Assembly: GCA_965231045.1 (NCBI GenBank)
Contig: OZ246406.1
Span: 578,208-642,207, forward strand
DNA: 64,000 nt
Source: an uncultured Candidatus Saccharibacteria bacterium
Lineage (GTDB): Bacteria > Patescibacteriota > Saccharimonadia > Saccharimonadales > JAGQNJ01
Direction: 5' to 3'
Every line of letters begins with the position of its first letter. Positions within the stretch are counted from its first letter, which is position 1. This document shows positions 25,726 through 36,243 of the stretch, one piece after another. A model generated the notes under the pieces. It did not search any database. It saw nothing but the letters and a program-made list of their open reading frames with translations, and was not told the DNA's origin. The translations under genes and the position numbers were made by a program.

Positions 25726-26051
25726 CTGTATAACTCTCCCTCTTAGGTTTACGTTAGTACCTCCTACCATACTCTGGAGCGTTTTTGTTTGTCAACCTTG
25801 TTGTTGGTTTTCTAGAGCATATTTCTACCTTAAGCACATATTTTCACCTCTGTTATTTTGATATAAAAAACTGTTGTAAAAGTTCTGCCATTATCTTGTG
25901 GGTAACTTCTATAAAACTCCATATTTTAATGAAAAAGTAAACTGTTTGTCCTTGAACACAAAGTTCTTTTGGAAAAGATATTGCGCGCAGGCATGCTTAT
26001 GCTTTACACTATGGAGTATCATAATCAAAATAATAGAGGTAGAGGGATTAT

Positions 26052-26627
26052 ATGGATTTTTCTCAACGTACTGGTCGTCCAGCGCCAACACACAGCGACC
26101 AACCAAGCGCATCAAGCGCGCCTAAAAAGGCCAAAAAAAGTCGTTCACTTAGTAACTTGAAACTAATTTCAGTTGTACTACTTTATTCAATAACTATTCT
26201 TATTGCTGCATTAGCAATCTACGCTTTTATTCTTGGCGGGCGTGATAATAGTGAAGCAAAGTTTGTAGCACCTGATAACTACCAAGCAGTATTTCTAAAT
26301 GGTGGGCAGGTCTACTTCGGTAAAATTACAAGTGTTAATCCAAAATATCTAACCCTAAATGACATCTACTACCTACGAGTTAACCAACAAGTTCAACCCG
26401 GTCAACAAGCTAATCAAAATGATATTTCATTAGTTAAGTTAGGTTGTGAGCTACATGGTCCACAAGATCAAATGGTTGTAAACCAAGATCAAATCGTGTT
26501 CTGGGAGAACCTAAAGAGTGATGGTCAAGTTGCCAAAGCAGTTAAGCAATTCAAGGATCAAAATCCAAATGGCTTGAAGTGTGATCAGCCGCAAAGCAGT
26601 TCATCAAGCACCCAAAAGAAACAATAA
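26052..26627 (+). CDS. Membrane-anchored hypothetical protein (191 aa)
   Basis: A disordered basic N-terminus and a single TM precede an extracytoplasmic domain. A terminator follows. Confidence 0.5.
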   Translation: MDFSQRTGRPAPTHSDQPSASSAPKKAKKSRSLSNLKLISVVLLYSITILIAALAIYAFILGGRDNSEAKFVAPDNYQAVFLNGGQVYFGKITSVNPKYLTLNDIYYLRVNQQVQPGQQANQNDISLVKLGCELHGPQDQMVVNQDQIVFWENLKSDGQVAKAVKQFKDQNPNGLKCDQPQSSSSSTQKKQ

Positions 26628-26650
26628 GTTAGCTAGAAATAACTTTAGGA

Positions 26651-26681
26651 ACGACTCGCCAAACAGGCGGGTCGTTTTTTA
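26651..26681 (+). terminator. Intrinsic terminator
   Basis: ACGACTCGCC-aaaca-GGCGGGTCGT is followed by TTTTTT. Confidence 0.7.
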
Positions 26682-27290
26682 TTCATGATGCTTAAGTACA
26701 TATTTAACTAACTTATCGCCTACAAATTTCAAAGCAAAAAGTATAAAGAATAATGCACTGATCAGGATACTAAAACCGGCTAGGTCTGGCGACCAACGTG
26801 GAGGCTCGAAATTAAACTTATAAAGAGCATCAGGAATTGGCTGCTGTTTTTCCCCGTGTGTTGATACATAGTTAGTAATACATGGAACCCTTGGGCCACC
26901 AGAGAAACTACCTGGATAAAGACGCTCGCACTCAGCTTGGGCTTGATTGTATACATTACTGTTAGCTGTATCAGTACGCGCTTTCTCGGCAGCAACCAGG
27001 CGATCGTAACGATACTTGAGTTGTACAGGCTGCTGAATAGATGTCCCTGTTGCCAGGTTGGTATTCATATGTGAATAAACATATTCTCGAAGCTGCTTAA
27101 GTGCAGCCTCAACATCACCATTGTCTTTATCAACTTGGTTGACATGATCCCTAAGCTTTATGGCATTAAGATTGTTTTGTCTTAGCGCTACAACTGCAAT
27201 AACGCCAAAGATAATAAATCCGGCCAAGAAGTACCAGTAGCTAATTACGCGTAGTTTTCTCCAGAGGTGGTGGAGTTTGCCTTTATCCAT
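26679..27290 (-). CDS. Membrane protein, hypothetical (203 aa from MDKGKLHH)
   Basis: Has TM helices at both the N- and C-termini. The shorter start avoids overlap with the divergent Mur-ligase gene. Confidence 0.5.
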   Translation of the reverse strand: MDKGKLHHLWRKLRVISYWYFLAGFIIFGVIAVVALRQNNLNAIKLRDHVNQVDKDNGDVEAALKQLREYVYSHMNTNLATGTSIQQPVQLKYRYDRLVAAEKARTDTANSNVYNQAQAECERLYPGSFSGGPRVPCITNYVSTHGEKQQPIPDALYKFNFEPPRWSPDLAGFSILISALFFILFALKFVGDKLVKYVLKHHE

Positions 27291-27350
27291 AGTTTTTATT
27301 TTAGGTTTTATCCAAGGATTATTATAGCACTTATCTGTTAGACTATACTC

Positions 27351-28655
27351 ATGCATATATTTTTTAGCGGTATTGGTGGCACGGCTATCGGCCCTTTAGC
27401 TTTAATTGCTAAGCAAGCTGGCTACAAAGTATCAGGCTCGGACAAACAGGATTCTCAGTATATTGAGTACTTAAAAAAGCATGGCGTTACCGATATTTAC
27501 ATCGGCCAAACCCGTGAAGCTATCGCCGACGCTCATGGTAAGCAACCGATTGATTGGTACGTGTATAGCTCAGCGGTCGAGAAAGAAAACCCAAATCACC
27601 CAGAGCTATTGTTTGTAAAAGAGCAAGACATTAAGCATAGCAAGCGTGATGAACTACTGAACCAAATCATTAGTGACAAAAATCTGAAGATGTTGGCTAT
27701 TGCCGGGACTCACGGCAAATCCACGACCACCGCTATGACTGTATGGATGTTCAAAGAGCTAGGGATTCCACTTAGTTACTCTGTTGGTGCCAAGATTAGC
27801 TTTGGTGATATGGGCCAGTATGAAGAAAAAAGTGAGTATTTTGCCTATGAGTGCGACGAATTTGATCGCAACTTTTTAGCCTTCGAACCATTTATCAGCA
27901 TCATTAGTGGCGTTAGTTGGGATCACCATGAAATATTCCCGACTCGTGAAGATTACCAAGAGGCCTTCAAAGAGTTTATTAGCCAATCTCAACACACCAT
28001 TCTGTGGGAAGAAGATGCTCAATACCTAGGTCTTGAGCCTAGTGATTCACTCTCGATTCAAGATTCACGCAGTATTGAATTTACTAAACCTGAGATTGAT
28101 TTGCCTGGGCTTTATACCCGACTCGACGCTTGGTTAGTTGTAAAAACTATGGAGCGAATTACACAAAAGCCAATTGATGAGTTGGTAGAAGTCATCAATA
28201 GATTTCCAGGGCTGCAGAGACGCATGGAAGAAATTATCCCGAACTTATTTAGTGATTATGCGCATACACCAGAGAAAATCCGTGGTGGCTTAAGTGTGGC
28301 ATTAGAGCTAGCCGAAAAGTACGGCCAAAAAGTAGTTATTGTCTACGAACCACTGACAAACCGGCGACAACACTACATGATTGATGACTATAAAGATTGT
28401 TTTAATGGTGCGGCAAAAGTTTATTGGGTTCCTAGCTATCTAGCTCGTGAAGATCCAAATCAACGAGTTATTCCACCAAGTGAGATGATTGAACATCTTT
28501 CAGATCCATCCATCGCTGAGCCTATGGAACGCGATAGCAAACTAAAGGCCGTCATCGAAAAACATCTAGCAGCCGGGGACATGGTAGTTTGTATGGCTGG
28601 TGGAGGCGGAGACAGCCTAGACGAATGGCTCCGTTCCGAGTTTGCTAGCAACTAG
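27351..28655 (+). CDS. Mur ligase family protein (MurC/Mpl-like)
   Basis: Contains GIGGTAIGPLA and the Mur-ligase P-loop AGTHGKSTTTAM. Length is 434 aa. Confidence 0.75.
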   Translation: MHIFFSGIGGTAIGPLALIAKQAGYKVSGSDKQDSQYIEYLKKHGVTDIYIGQTREAIADAHGKQPIDWYVYSSAVEKENPNHPELLFVKEQDIKHSKRDELLNQIISDKNLKMLAIAGTHGKSTTTAMTVWMFKELGIPLSYSVGAKISFGDMGQYEEKSEYFAYECDEFDRNFLAFEPFISIISGVSWDHHEIFPTREDYQEAFKEFISQSQHTILWEEDAQYLGLEPSDSLSIQDSRSIEFTKPEIDLPGLYTRLDAWLVVKTMERITQKPIDELVEVINRFPGLQRRMEEIIPNLFSDYAHTPEKIRGGLSVALELAEKYGQKVVIVYEPLTNRRQHYMIDDYKDCFNGAAKVYWVPSYLAREDPNQRVIPPSEMIEHLSDPSIAEPMERDSKLKAVIEKHLAAGDMVVCMAGGGGDSLDEWLRSEFASN

Positions 28656-29116
28656 TTTTCCCAGCCATATTCGGTGTAAGTCTTCCCTTTTTGAATCTCT
28701 TCGATAGCGAACTTAACTGATGGTATTACGTTTTTGGGGAGCTTCTTAGGGTCCAGCCAGGTCAGTTCGCTATGTATGTGTGGCTCAGCGTTGTACAGCT
28801 TACCTTGCCACTCGGTCGCAGTAAAGTACATATCCACCCAATCTTTTGCGTTACTACTAGGCTCATATCTATGTACAACAAGTGTAGGCTTAAGATCTTG
28901 TGAGGTAATTACTACGCCTACCTCTTCTTTAGCTTCACGGATGGCAGCTGCCATGTAAGATTCATCTTTTTCAACCTTACCGGATGGTAAACCATAGTAA
29001 TTATTCATCCAGTCTGTATTGCTTCGCAGCACAAATGCCACTTTGCCATCTTTTTCAAACAAAACGTAAGTAGCTATGTAGGGTTGAGCGGTGTTATAAC
29101 TCATTTTACGCTCCAT
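28652..29116 (-). CDS. NUDIX hydrolase
   Basis: Nudix box GKVEKDESYMAAAIREAKEEVGV. Confidence 0.85.
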   Translation of the reverse strand: MERKMSYNTAQPYIATYVLFEKDGKVAFVLRSNTDWMNNYYGLPSGKVEKDESYMAAAIREAKEEVGVVITSQDLKPTLVVHRYEPSSNAKDWVDMYFTATEWQGKLYNAEPHIHSELTWLDPKKLPKNVIPSVKFAIEEIQKGKTYTEYGWEN

Positions 29117-29559
29117 TCTTGGCGAGGATTGTCAGGAAAGTTTTTGTTATCGAATAAAACAATCTTGGTTGGCTTTAGTACATAAATAATATGCGCGTTT
29201 TCACCGGCTATAATTGAATCAAGAAAATTCTTAGAAGTGCCGTGTTTTCGTCCGTAATTAGGAACAATCTGTTCATATTTATGCCAGTCTACCTTCTCAG
29301 CAACTCCTTCAACAGACAGCCCAATCACATAATCTTCATCTTCACTGTCCTGATGAACCAATATCGCCGCCGAAGCTTTTGGATTTTCTTCAAGTTCCTT
29401 TGAATGACGTCGATCTGGCGTGCTTAGCCAGTAGATATTTAAGTCGTCGTCAGAGTAATAATGCAAATTACACACCCACGGCTGATCGTTAGCACAGGTA
29501 GCTAACTGTATAATTCTCATGTCAAAAACATACTTTCTAATTAGTTCCTCGGCACTCAT
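29101..29559 (-). CDS. Pyridoxamine 5'-phosphate oxidase-family (general stress protein 26-like) protein
   Basis: Size and split-barrel-like sequence pattern fit the family. It overlaps its operon neighbours. Confidence 0.55.
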   Translation of the reverse strand: MSAEELIRKYVFDMRIIQLATCANDQPWVCNLHYYSDDDLNIYWLSTPDRRHSKELEENPKASAAILVHQDSEDEDYVIGLSVEGVAEKVDWHKYEQIVPNYGRKHGTSKNFLDSIIAGENAHIIYVLKPTKIVLFDNKNFPDNPRQEWSVK

Positions 29560-29897
29560 CGATTATCCCCTTTGCCTTTAATGACATCCCGCTTCTTGCG
29601 ATCTTGTAGCTTTTTGACATTGAGTTGCATGATTTCCTCAAAAGATATTCCCAAGCTATTGGCCAGAACGGCAATATACCAAACAACATCACCAAGTTCT
29701 TTTTTCATATCTTGTAGAAATTCATCATTTATATCACCCTTGTTATAGGCGACCATTTTCTTCCACTTTTCAACAACTTCACCGGCCTCACCAGCAACAC
29801 CCATAGCCCATATTGTCTTATCCATTAATGTATCTTTGTATTTTGGGTCGGTATACGCAGTGGTAAGCGCTTGTTTTTGGTACTCATCAAAGGTCAA
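29556..29897 (-). CDS. MazG-like nucleotide pyrophosphohydrolase
   Basis: 113-aa all-alpha protein with EAGEVVE and ELGDVVWY motifs. Confidence 0.7.
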   Translation of the reverse strand: MTFDEYQKQALTTAYTDPKYKDTLMDKTIWAMGVAGEAGEVVEKWKKMVAYNKGDINDEFLQDMKKELGDVVWYIAVLANSLGISFEEIMQLNVKKLQDRKKRDVIKGKGDNR

Positions 29898-30484
29898 TTG
29901 GTTATCCTCCCGTTCTCATCTATTTTAACAGCTCCAGGCCGTAGGACATCGATAGCGTCATCAATAATACGAATAACAGTTGATGGAGGTCTATTACTTA
30001 GGTCCCCGCCATCAACATAAAAATCAACTTTATCACCAAAATATTTTTGCGCTTCATCGATAGTATTGGCCGGTGGATCACCAGGGGTATTAGCACTGCT
30101 TGTAACCAAAGGCCCTGTCTGTTTGAGCAGCCTCTGAAGCTGCTCATCCTTTGGTATACGAATCGCTAAGCTCATCTTGCCTTGGTGCAGGTACGCCAAT
30201 GCTGGCCCAGTAGGAATAATAATGCTAAGTGGATTTGGCCAATATTGCTCAACTGCCTTTAGGTAGCGATGTTTTATACCCAACTTCTCCAGCTGGTCAA
30301 TATTGGCGGCAATTATCGTGCCGGGCTTGTTTTCGCGCTTTTTTAGTTCATACAATCTCTGTGCAGCCTTTTCATCTGCCGCACACGCCATAACACCATA
30401 AATTGTATCTGATGGAATTACACCAATTTGACCTTCACTGAGAAGTTCAACAATGAGCTTTTCTGTTATGGATTTAATTATCAC
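29894..30484 (-). CDS. tsaC: L-threonylcarbamoyladenylate synthase (YrdC/TsaC family)
   Basis: Shows PSDTIYGV, SIRIP and TSSANTPG patterns of the YrdC domain. Confidence 0.85.
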   Translation of the reverse strand: MIIKSITEKLIVELLSEGQIGVIPSDTIYGVMACAADEKAAQRLYELKKRENKPGTIIAANIDQLEKLGIKHRYLKAVEQYWPNPLSIIIPTGPALAYLHQGKMSLAIRIPKDEQLQRLLKQTGPLVTSSANTPGDPPANTIDEAQKYFGDKVDFYVDGGDLSNRPPSTVIRIIDDAIDVLRPGAVKIDENGRITN

Positions 30485-30529
30485 GTGGTTTTCCTTCTTG
30501 CTTATGGTTTATACTATTTACTAAGTAAT

Positions 30530-31417
30530 ATGTTACAAAACTTTATTGATCAAAAAGTTTCGGGTTTTCAATATTCAGGTCACTTGATTGCCCAATGGAT
30601 GGACCAGCATCTGGTTAACATCATTATTATTTTGATCGGCGCATACATTTTACGCAAGTTTGGCACCAAGTTTATCAGTACCGTGATGCATAAAACTGTT
30701 CGACATGACCTATTCCCTAGTGAAGCAGACCGCAAAAAACGAATCAAGACGCTCGATGATTTGATAGGAGCTATTGTGCGTGTAACAACCTGGCTAATAG
30801 CTATATTTATGATTGTAAGTGAGCTTGGAATTAATACTGCCCCGCTTCTGGCAAGTGCCGGAGTGTTGGGTCTAGCAATAGGTTTTGGGGCTCAGTCACT
30901 TGTGAAAGATTTCGTGACTGGAATTTTTATCATTACTGAAAATCAATATCGGGTTGGTGATGTTGTCCAAATTGGTGCCGTTAAAGGAACTGTAGAAGCT
31001 ATAACTATCCGTACGACCATTGTTCGTGAGCTTAATGGAGACCTTCATCATATTCCAAACGGCACAATAACAGTTACGACCAACAAAACTATGGGATTTG
31101 GTTCAATAAATGAGGATATAACAGTCGCTCGCGACACTGATATCGCCGAACTTGAACACATCATAAACCATGTTGGCGAAGAAGTTGCCGCCGTACCCGA
31201 GCTTAAGAATCTTGTTAAGGAGCCCCCTCATTTCTCAAGTGTTAAAGGTTTTGATGCATCGGGAATTGTTGTAAAGATTTTGGGCAAGACAAGTACAGGT
31301 GATGCCTGGCAAGTCAGAAGTGAATTTTATAAACGTCTAGTTAAAGCTCTTGAAAAGCACGGCATAGAAGTACCTTACCAACAGGTTACCGTACATTCTT
31401 CGACCAAAAAAAAGTAG
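30530..31417 (+). CDS. mscS: Small-conductance mechanosensitive channel (MscS family)
   Basis: GFGAQSLVKDFVTGIFIITENQYRVGDVVQIG is the MscS pore/beta-domain signature. The start is taken at MLQNFIDQ. Confidence 0.8.
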   Translation: MLQNFIDQKVSGFQYSGHLIAQWMDQHLVNIIIILIGAYILRKFGTKFISTVMHKTVRHDLFPSEADRKKRIKTLDDLIGAIVRVTTWLIAIFMIVSELGINTAPLLASAGVLGLAIGFGAQSLVKDFVTGIFIITENQYRVGDVVQIGAVKGTVEAITIRTTIVRELNGDLHHIPNGTITVTTNKTMGFGSINEDITVARDTDIAELEHIINHVGEEVAAVPELKNLVKEPPHFSSVKGFDASGIVVKILGKTSTGDAWQVRSEFYKRLVKALEKHGIEVPYQQVTVHSSTKKK

Positions 31418-31419
31418 TT

Positions 31420-31815
31420 TTATAATCCTAAAGTTGTATTGGTAAGATCGTCGGTCTTAAAATCATTGGTATCGTCGATGTTATTAAGACTTTGGTCTAT
31501 ATTTTTCTTGGCATTATCAATGTCATCCGGCGAAACCCTACCGCTATCCTTCGTTACTTCTGTAACTTGAGGTTTTTGGGCTGGTTGTTTTGTTTTATTT
31601 CGGGCAATGATAAAAACAGTAATCGCTCCAACAATAATCAGTATGCACAGAGTTATGGCGATCGTTATTGCGATTACTGGCCCTTTTTTCTTTGGCGGTT
31701 TTGGCATTTCAGGCAATATTGTCGGGATGCCTTGCGATGAAGGACTCTGAGGCATTGGTCGTGGGCCAGAAATGTCTGGATTAACATGTAGTGGTAATTG
31801 ATTGTTTGGCTGCAT
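31420..31815 (-). CDS. Single-pass membrane protein, hypothetical
   Basis: Has a Pro-rich N-terminus and one TM. Confidence 0.45.
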   Translation of the reverse strand: MQPNNQLPLHVNPDISGPRPMPQSPSSQGIPTILPEMPKPPKKKGPVIAITIAITLCILIIVGAITVFIIARNKTKQPAQKPQVTEVTKDSGRVSPDDIDNAKKNIDQSLNNIDDTNDFKTDDLTNTTLGL

Positions 31816-32426
31816 TATTGGGAACTCCCAGTAGTATCGCCTTTAGCTAGCTTTGCTTTAATCTGATCCAAGCTAGATTTCACGGTGTTTGTGACATAAC
31901 TCCTAATGTCAGTAATTGCCGGCGTAAACTTATCGTGATATAACCTAGCCGTTTCCAGTGCTCCTCGAAAACCATATGGGTTAGCCACACAATCAACTGC
32001 CACGGCATCATCAATTGCCTGCTTATAAGCGTTCAGATTATTAGAAAAGTCCGTGACTTTTGCATTATACGTATCATTTACGCTTTTCAGGTCTGTCGTC
32101 TCAAAGGCTTGAGCATTGAGTTTGGTTTGCAAATCAGAAAGATTACTCGATATTTCCTTGTATGATTTATCGCGAGTTGTTTTAGCATTGCTTACACGAG
32201 CCTGCAGCTCTTTTAATTTAGCTTGTGCAATGCCACAACGAACTTTTAGTGTTGTCTCAAGGGCTTTAGTATCAATGTTTCGTTCTTTTATATATTGCTG
32301 TAGTCGCTGATCAAGAGTTGAATTTTGGGCATGAACTTCACCTGTCAGTGGCAAAAAAGTTGCACCGAACATGCCAACCAGCATCATAAGCACAATAAAT
32401 AATCGATTGGGTGTATATTTACGCAT
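31815..32426 (-). CDS. Secreted coiled-coil protein, hypothetical
   Basis: Has a signal-peptide-like N-terminus and a helical repeat composition. Confidence 0.45.
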   Translation of the reverse strand: MRKYTPNRLFIVLMMLVGMFGATFLPLTGEVHAQNSTLDQRLQQYIKERNIDTKALETTLKVRCGIAQAKLKELQARVSNAKTTRDKSYKEISSNLSDLQTKLNAQAFETTDLKSVNDTYNAKVTDFSNNLNAYKQAIDDAVAVDCVANPYGFRGALETARLYHDKFTPAITDIRSYVTNTVKSSLDQIKAKLAKGDTTGSSQ

Positions 32427-32461
32427 TTTACTTAAGACTTATTTTAGCATAAGCGTTAATA

Positions 32462-32704
32462 TTAAGAAGTTTTTGAGGCTATATAAGTCATCACCACGGC
32501 AGCAGCCACAAATTGCGGGAATATCATATAAAACATGTCACTTACCGAATGTTGAGTGCGAACAGCAGCAATAAGTACCGTTACCAAAAAGAAAATGAAT
32601 GGGACATACATTAACCATCCCTGCCATGAATTTGGCAAGTAACTTCCTCGTACTTTTATAAACCACTTTTTTGGTTTACTTGATTTTGTCGATTTCTTTG
32701 GCAA
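32462..32704 (-). CDS. Small membrane protein (80 aa)
   Basis: Has a basic N-terminus and two TM helices. Confidence 0.4.
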   Translation of the reverse strand: MPKKSTKSSKPKKWFIKVRGSYLPNSWQGWLMYVPFIFFLVTVLIAAVRTQHSVSDMFYMIFPQFVAAAVVMTYIASKTS

Positions 32705-32903
32705 GGTTTTTGTCCTTATCTGTTATTTTTTGTTCGTTATGAGTAAATAGTAGCCCCTTAACTCTGCCCCAACCAAGCTCAATGTCCGGATGATGATTAT
32801 TTTTCTCGGCAATGGCTCCAATCTTATTTACGAAATCAAGCGCAGACTTGAAGTCATCAAAATCAAACGTCTTAACCAAAACTCCATACTCTTCGCGCCA
32901 CAT
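32676..32903 (-). CDS. Pterin-4a-carbinolamine dehydratase
   Basis: FVNKIGAIAEKNNHHPDIELGWGRV is the PCD/DCoH signature. Confidence 0.8.
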   Translation of the reverse strand: MWREEYGVLVKTFDFDDFKSALDFVNKIGAIAEKNNHHPDIELGWGRVKGLLFTHNEQKITDKDKNLAKEIDKIK

Positions 32904-32946
32904 ATCCTTATCATATCATCCTAAGGTAAAAGCTCGGCACAGTGCG

Positions 32947-34905
32947 CTAGTAGTAATACCACTTGTCGACACCACCGGTGTTGCTAACGTCTTTGATCTT
33001 TTTTGGATCGCCGCCGTCAATATTCAATACATAATCAGCTGTTTCTTGTTCAGTATTAATTCTATAAACCAGTGTGTTGTCAGACACCCAATAAACCGGG
33101 TATTTAAGTCCACTCTGGGTCCGCAACACTGTTTCCTTTTTGCTATCTACGTCATAGATAATCAACACACCCTTGCCATCACGTTGATCAATCCATACAC
33201 TCTTTTTGTTTGATGGATTTTGGATATAAATCCTAGTTTTTGGATTAGCTGGCGTAACAATCTTGGTTGGTGCATTTTGATTTGCTAAATCATATTTATA
33301 CCAGTCTTGTTGGGCGGCAAAAGTCAGATCATCGTAGTTAGTTCTAAATATATTCCAAGTCTCCTTACCAAGCACAACTTGCTTGTCACTGCCATCTGGT
33401 TTTATCCTAAGCAAACTTACATCGGTACCGTTTTGATAGGCAGCTGCAGGGGCATAGTAGATTACGTTTGAAACCAAAACTAAGTCATTAAAGTAATTGG
33501 CCGATGCCAGCTCCTTAGTTTCGTCCTTATCTGGCTCATAACTCATCAATCGATAACGCTTAGGGTTGCTAGCGCTTGCGCCTGCGGCAATCTGCACGTA
33601 AACAAATCGAGAATCTGCCCAGCCAATAACTTGAATTCGTTCTGACGTCCCAAGAGTTTTAACTTTGTTGTCATCCAAATTAACTAAATTAAGTGTGCTC
33701 AACAAAAATCCGTCTTTATTACGCTGGTTGTCACGTGTCGAAACGACTGCCACCAAATTCTTCGTTGGGTGTGGAGCCAACGTCATGTCATCACGCTCAG
33801 ATCCCGTACCGGCTAGAGCAATTGCTTCATTTTTGCCGTCAACATCAATCTTATACACATCAAACTTTCCCGAACGGTTAGAAACAAAAGCATGTTTGTG
33901 AGACGGCACCATATTAACCTTTTGTTCGACTTCATTGTTATCTGAAAGAGCCATTTTTTCATCACGATAATTCTTAGCCGATACAGTAACGTCTGAAGCT
34001 AGATCATTTTTATCAAGCGTTAAAACTATCTTGCCGTTCTCATCCGAAAATGCACTTGATTCTCCACTAGATGCTTCAGCCTTTTCAACCGGTTTACCAG
34101 AAAGAAAATCAGTAACAACAAACGTGTACTGCACACCGGCTGGGTCAAGTTTTTGCTGCCCAAGTGGGTTACTCCCCCAACCTATGACAATATGTCTCTC
34201 AATAGGTGCAAAAGCCCGCTTTTTTATTTCTAGATCGGTTGCGCCAAGTTTAACTTTTGTTAATGTTACTGATCCATTATCATCAGTTTGTCCGGTTTGG
34301 CCATGCACGGTGACCTGAACATTTTTAAGGGGCTGCTGTGTACTATTATCAAGAATAGTAATTGATGCCTTACTTCTAACTCCAACTGTATTTAGCATAA
34401 AGTATCTTGTTGTCGGGTAGGTTGCTAGTCCGGCAATAATCAGCAGCAATGCAGCAATTGTTATGTTTCGCGCTTTCTTGTTATGCCACCAGGACTTGAA
34501 AAAGTTTTTGATTTTCTGACCTAGGGTTTTCTTTGGCTCTGGAGCCTCGTCCAAGGCTTTCTGTCTATCTTCAACCTCTAGAATTTCGTCGCTTTCACTA
34601 GCTGCAATTTCATCCACGGCTTTATCAAGTTTTGGGTCATCTTGTGCTTCGGCATTGCTATTTGTGGGTGTTTCATCGGCTTGCTTAGGAGTTTCTTCTG
34701 GCGCTTCATTTTCTACTGGCTTTTCTTGTGTAGGTATTTCTGGTGCAGTAGAGAGTGGCTTCTCGGAAATTTCATTTTTTATGTCATGGGGCAAATTCTC
34801 GGCTGGTTTTTCACCAGACTGAGTAGGCCCCATTATTGCTTCAATTTTTTGGTTGAGTTCGTCTTGGGCTTTTTGAAATTTTTCTTCTTGCGGATTTTTT
34901 GCCAT
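32947..34905 (-). CDS. Large membrane-anchored extracytoplasmic protein (Ig/CarboxypepD_reg-like modules plus beta-propeller-like C-terminus)
   Basis: An acidic N-terminus and a single TM precede beta-rich repeats. It is a paralogue of 41886..43679. Confidence 0.55.
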   Translation of the reverse strand: MAKNPQEEKFQKAQDELNQKIEAIMGPTQSGEKPAENLPHDIKNEISEKPLSTAPEIPTQEKPVENEAPEETPKQADETPTNSNAEAQDDPKLDKAVDEIAASESDEILEVEDRQKALDEAPEPKKTLGQKIKNFFKSWWHNKKARNITIAALLLIIAGLATYPTTRYFMLNTVGVRSKASITILDNSTQQPLKNVQVTVHGQTGQTDDNGSVTLTKVKLGATDLEIKKRAFAPIERHIVIGWGSNPLGQQKLDPAGVQYTFVVTDFLSGKPVEKAEASSGESSAFSDENGKIVLTLDKNDLASDVTVSAKNYRDEKMALSDNNEVEQKVNMVPSHKHAFVSNRSGKFDVYKIDVDGKNEAIALAGTGSERDDMTLAPHPTKNLVAVVSTRDNQRNKDGFLLSTLNLVNLDDNKVKTLGTSERIQVIGWADSRFVYVQIAAGASASNPKRYRLMSYEPDKDETKELASANYFNDLVLVSNVIYYAPAAAYQNGTDVSLLRIKPDGSDKQVVLGKETWNIFRTNYDDLTFAAQQDWYKYDLANQNAPTKIVTPANPKTRIYIQNPSNKKSVWIDQRDGKGVLIIYDVDSKKETVLRTQSGLKYPVYWVSDNTLVYRINTEQETADYVLNIDGGDPKKIKDVSNTGGVDKWYYY

Positions 34906-34967
34906 GATGTTTTCACTATTCTAACAAAAAACGCTTAAGGTTTATAGATGTTACTGTAAATTACTAG

Positions 34968-35342
34968 CTACTGGTCGCTGGTAAATTTTCTGATAATAAA
35001 AAATGCGCCGATCAAGAGAATTAAGGCAACTACGCCTATAAATGCATTGCTTTGAGCGGAAGTTATTGTTTTTGATGAATGAGTTTGGTTGTCTGCTTCA
35101 CTTGCTAATAAACTCTCTACATTAGATCCGCTACTAGACGGAACTGTAATTATTGCATTGGCTTGGGGATTACTAAAAAGGCTTGTTCCGCCAATAACGG
35201 TCTGAAGATTACTATCTTGGGCGCTGCCAGTCTGTAGATTTCCAGGAGCTACCTGAGGATTTTGAGTCTGTGTTGCGCCGCCAGTTCCTTGAAACTGACC
35301 ATCACCTTGATCAATTGTTACCATACCCTTAAACACTAGCAT
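34968..35342 (-). CDS. Hypothetical Gln/Ser-rich protein with C-terminal TM anchor
   Basis: The ORF overlaps the upstream gene by 14 nt. A C-terminal hydrophobic helix is followed by RKFTSDQ. Confidence 0.4.
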   Translation of the reverse strand: MLVFKGMVTIDQGDGQFQGTGGATQTQNPQVAPGNLQTGSAQDSNLQTVIGGTSLFSNPQANAIITVPSSSGSNVESLLASEADNQTHSSKTITSAQSNAFIGVVALILLIGAFFIIRKFTSDQ

Positions 35343-36207
35343 CTGCAGGCGTCATTGTCGACATTATTGGCCTCACAAACTCTACTTGATTTGGGTCAAA
35401 AGCTGGTTGGTAGGTGGCTATAAGACTACCGAGGCCGACCCCTTGAACAGTTGATTTTTTTGGAACCGTAATCTCGTCACCTCTGCTCTTATATTCTGTA
35501 GTTCCATCAACTAAAAATGTAACTTCACCGCTATCAACGTAATAAGTTGTGTCGCCAGCATGGTTTACAATAGCCCTGCTAACGCCATTGAGTGAAATAC
35601 GACTTGCACTTCTATGCGATTGTCGTGCTATTTCATGAATATCCCAGTTAGGCTTAGCAAAACCATCTTTGAGCTCCTCCGGTACTTCTCGGTATTTCCC
35701 AAAAAGCCAATAGTCACCATCGTGCTCATTATTTAATGCGCTAATATAATTAAAACCCGCTTTTTGGGCAACGCTAGCACTTGCTACATTGCCTTGTTTA
35801 ATAAACGCTCCGACATTTCTGAAGCCAACTTTTTCTAGAAGGTAACTGGCCGTTGCATTAGCTGCCCGCCCGCCGTATCCACGTCCAACATGTTGCTGCG
35901 CAACCCACCAACCAATCTCGGCATAAGGGTCAATTGGATACTGTGAAACAACAGCGTAACTTGTTGAACCTACTAATTCATCGCCAGCCCATATACCTAA
36001 GACTTTGCACACATTCTGTTTAGCCAATGAACGTCTTGTACTTTCAAGGCTCCTATAAATAAACGGCGTAGGGTTGTCAAAGTTACCAACGTGGTCACGA
36101 CAGGCATCGACTGTTTCAAATATAATCTCAGCATCATTAACAGTAGCCTGTCTTAATACAAGTTCATTATCAACCGGAATAACAACCGGCTCACTAAACT
36201 CTTTCAT
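35329..36207 (-). CDS. GNAT N-acetyltransferase (RimJ/RimL-like) fused to a cupin-like C-terminal domain
   Basis: The acetyl-CoA-binding region QHVGRGYGGRAA is followed by a beta-rich C-terminus. Confidence 0.65.
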   Translation of the reverse strand: MKEFSEPVVIPVDNELVLRQATVNDAEIIFETVDACRDHVGNFDNPTPFIYRSLESTRRSLAKQNVCKVLGIWAGDELVGSTSYAVVSQYPIDPYAEIGWWVAQQHVGRGYGGRAANATASYLLEKVGFRNVGAFIKQGNVASASVAQKAGFNYISALNNEHDGDYWLFGKYREVPEELKDGFAKPNWDIHEIARQSHRSASRISLNGVSRAIVNHAGDTTYYVDSGEVTFLVDGTTEYKSRGDEITVPKKSTVQGVGLGSLIATYQPAFDPNQVEFVRPIMSTMTPADASV

Positions 36208-36243
36208 AGAATAGATATATTATATAACTTAATTGATAATTAT

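Noticed and set aside
25771-26051. Several ORFs of 63-75 aa on both strands (25898..26125, 25909..26115, 25969..26160) in a long AT-rich intergenic region.
   Set aside because: They overlap one another, have no RBS and show skewed composition. The region is better explained as the promoter/leader of 26052..26627 containing a copy of the 13-mer motif.
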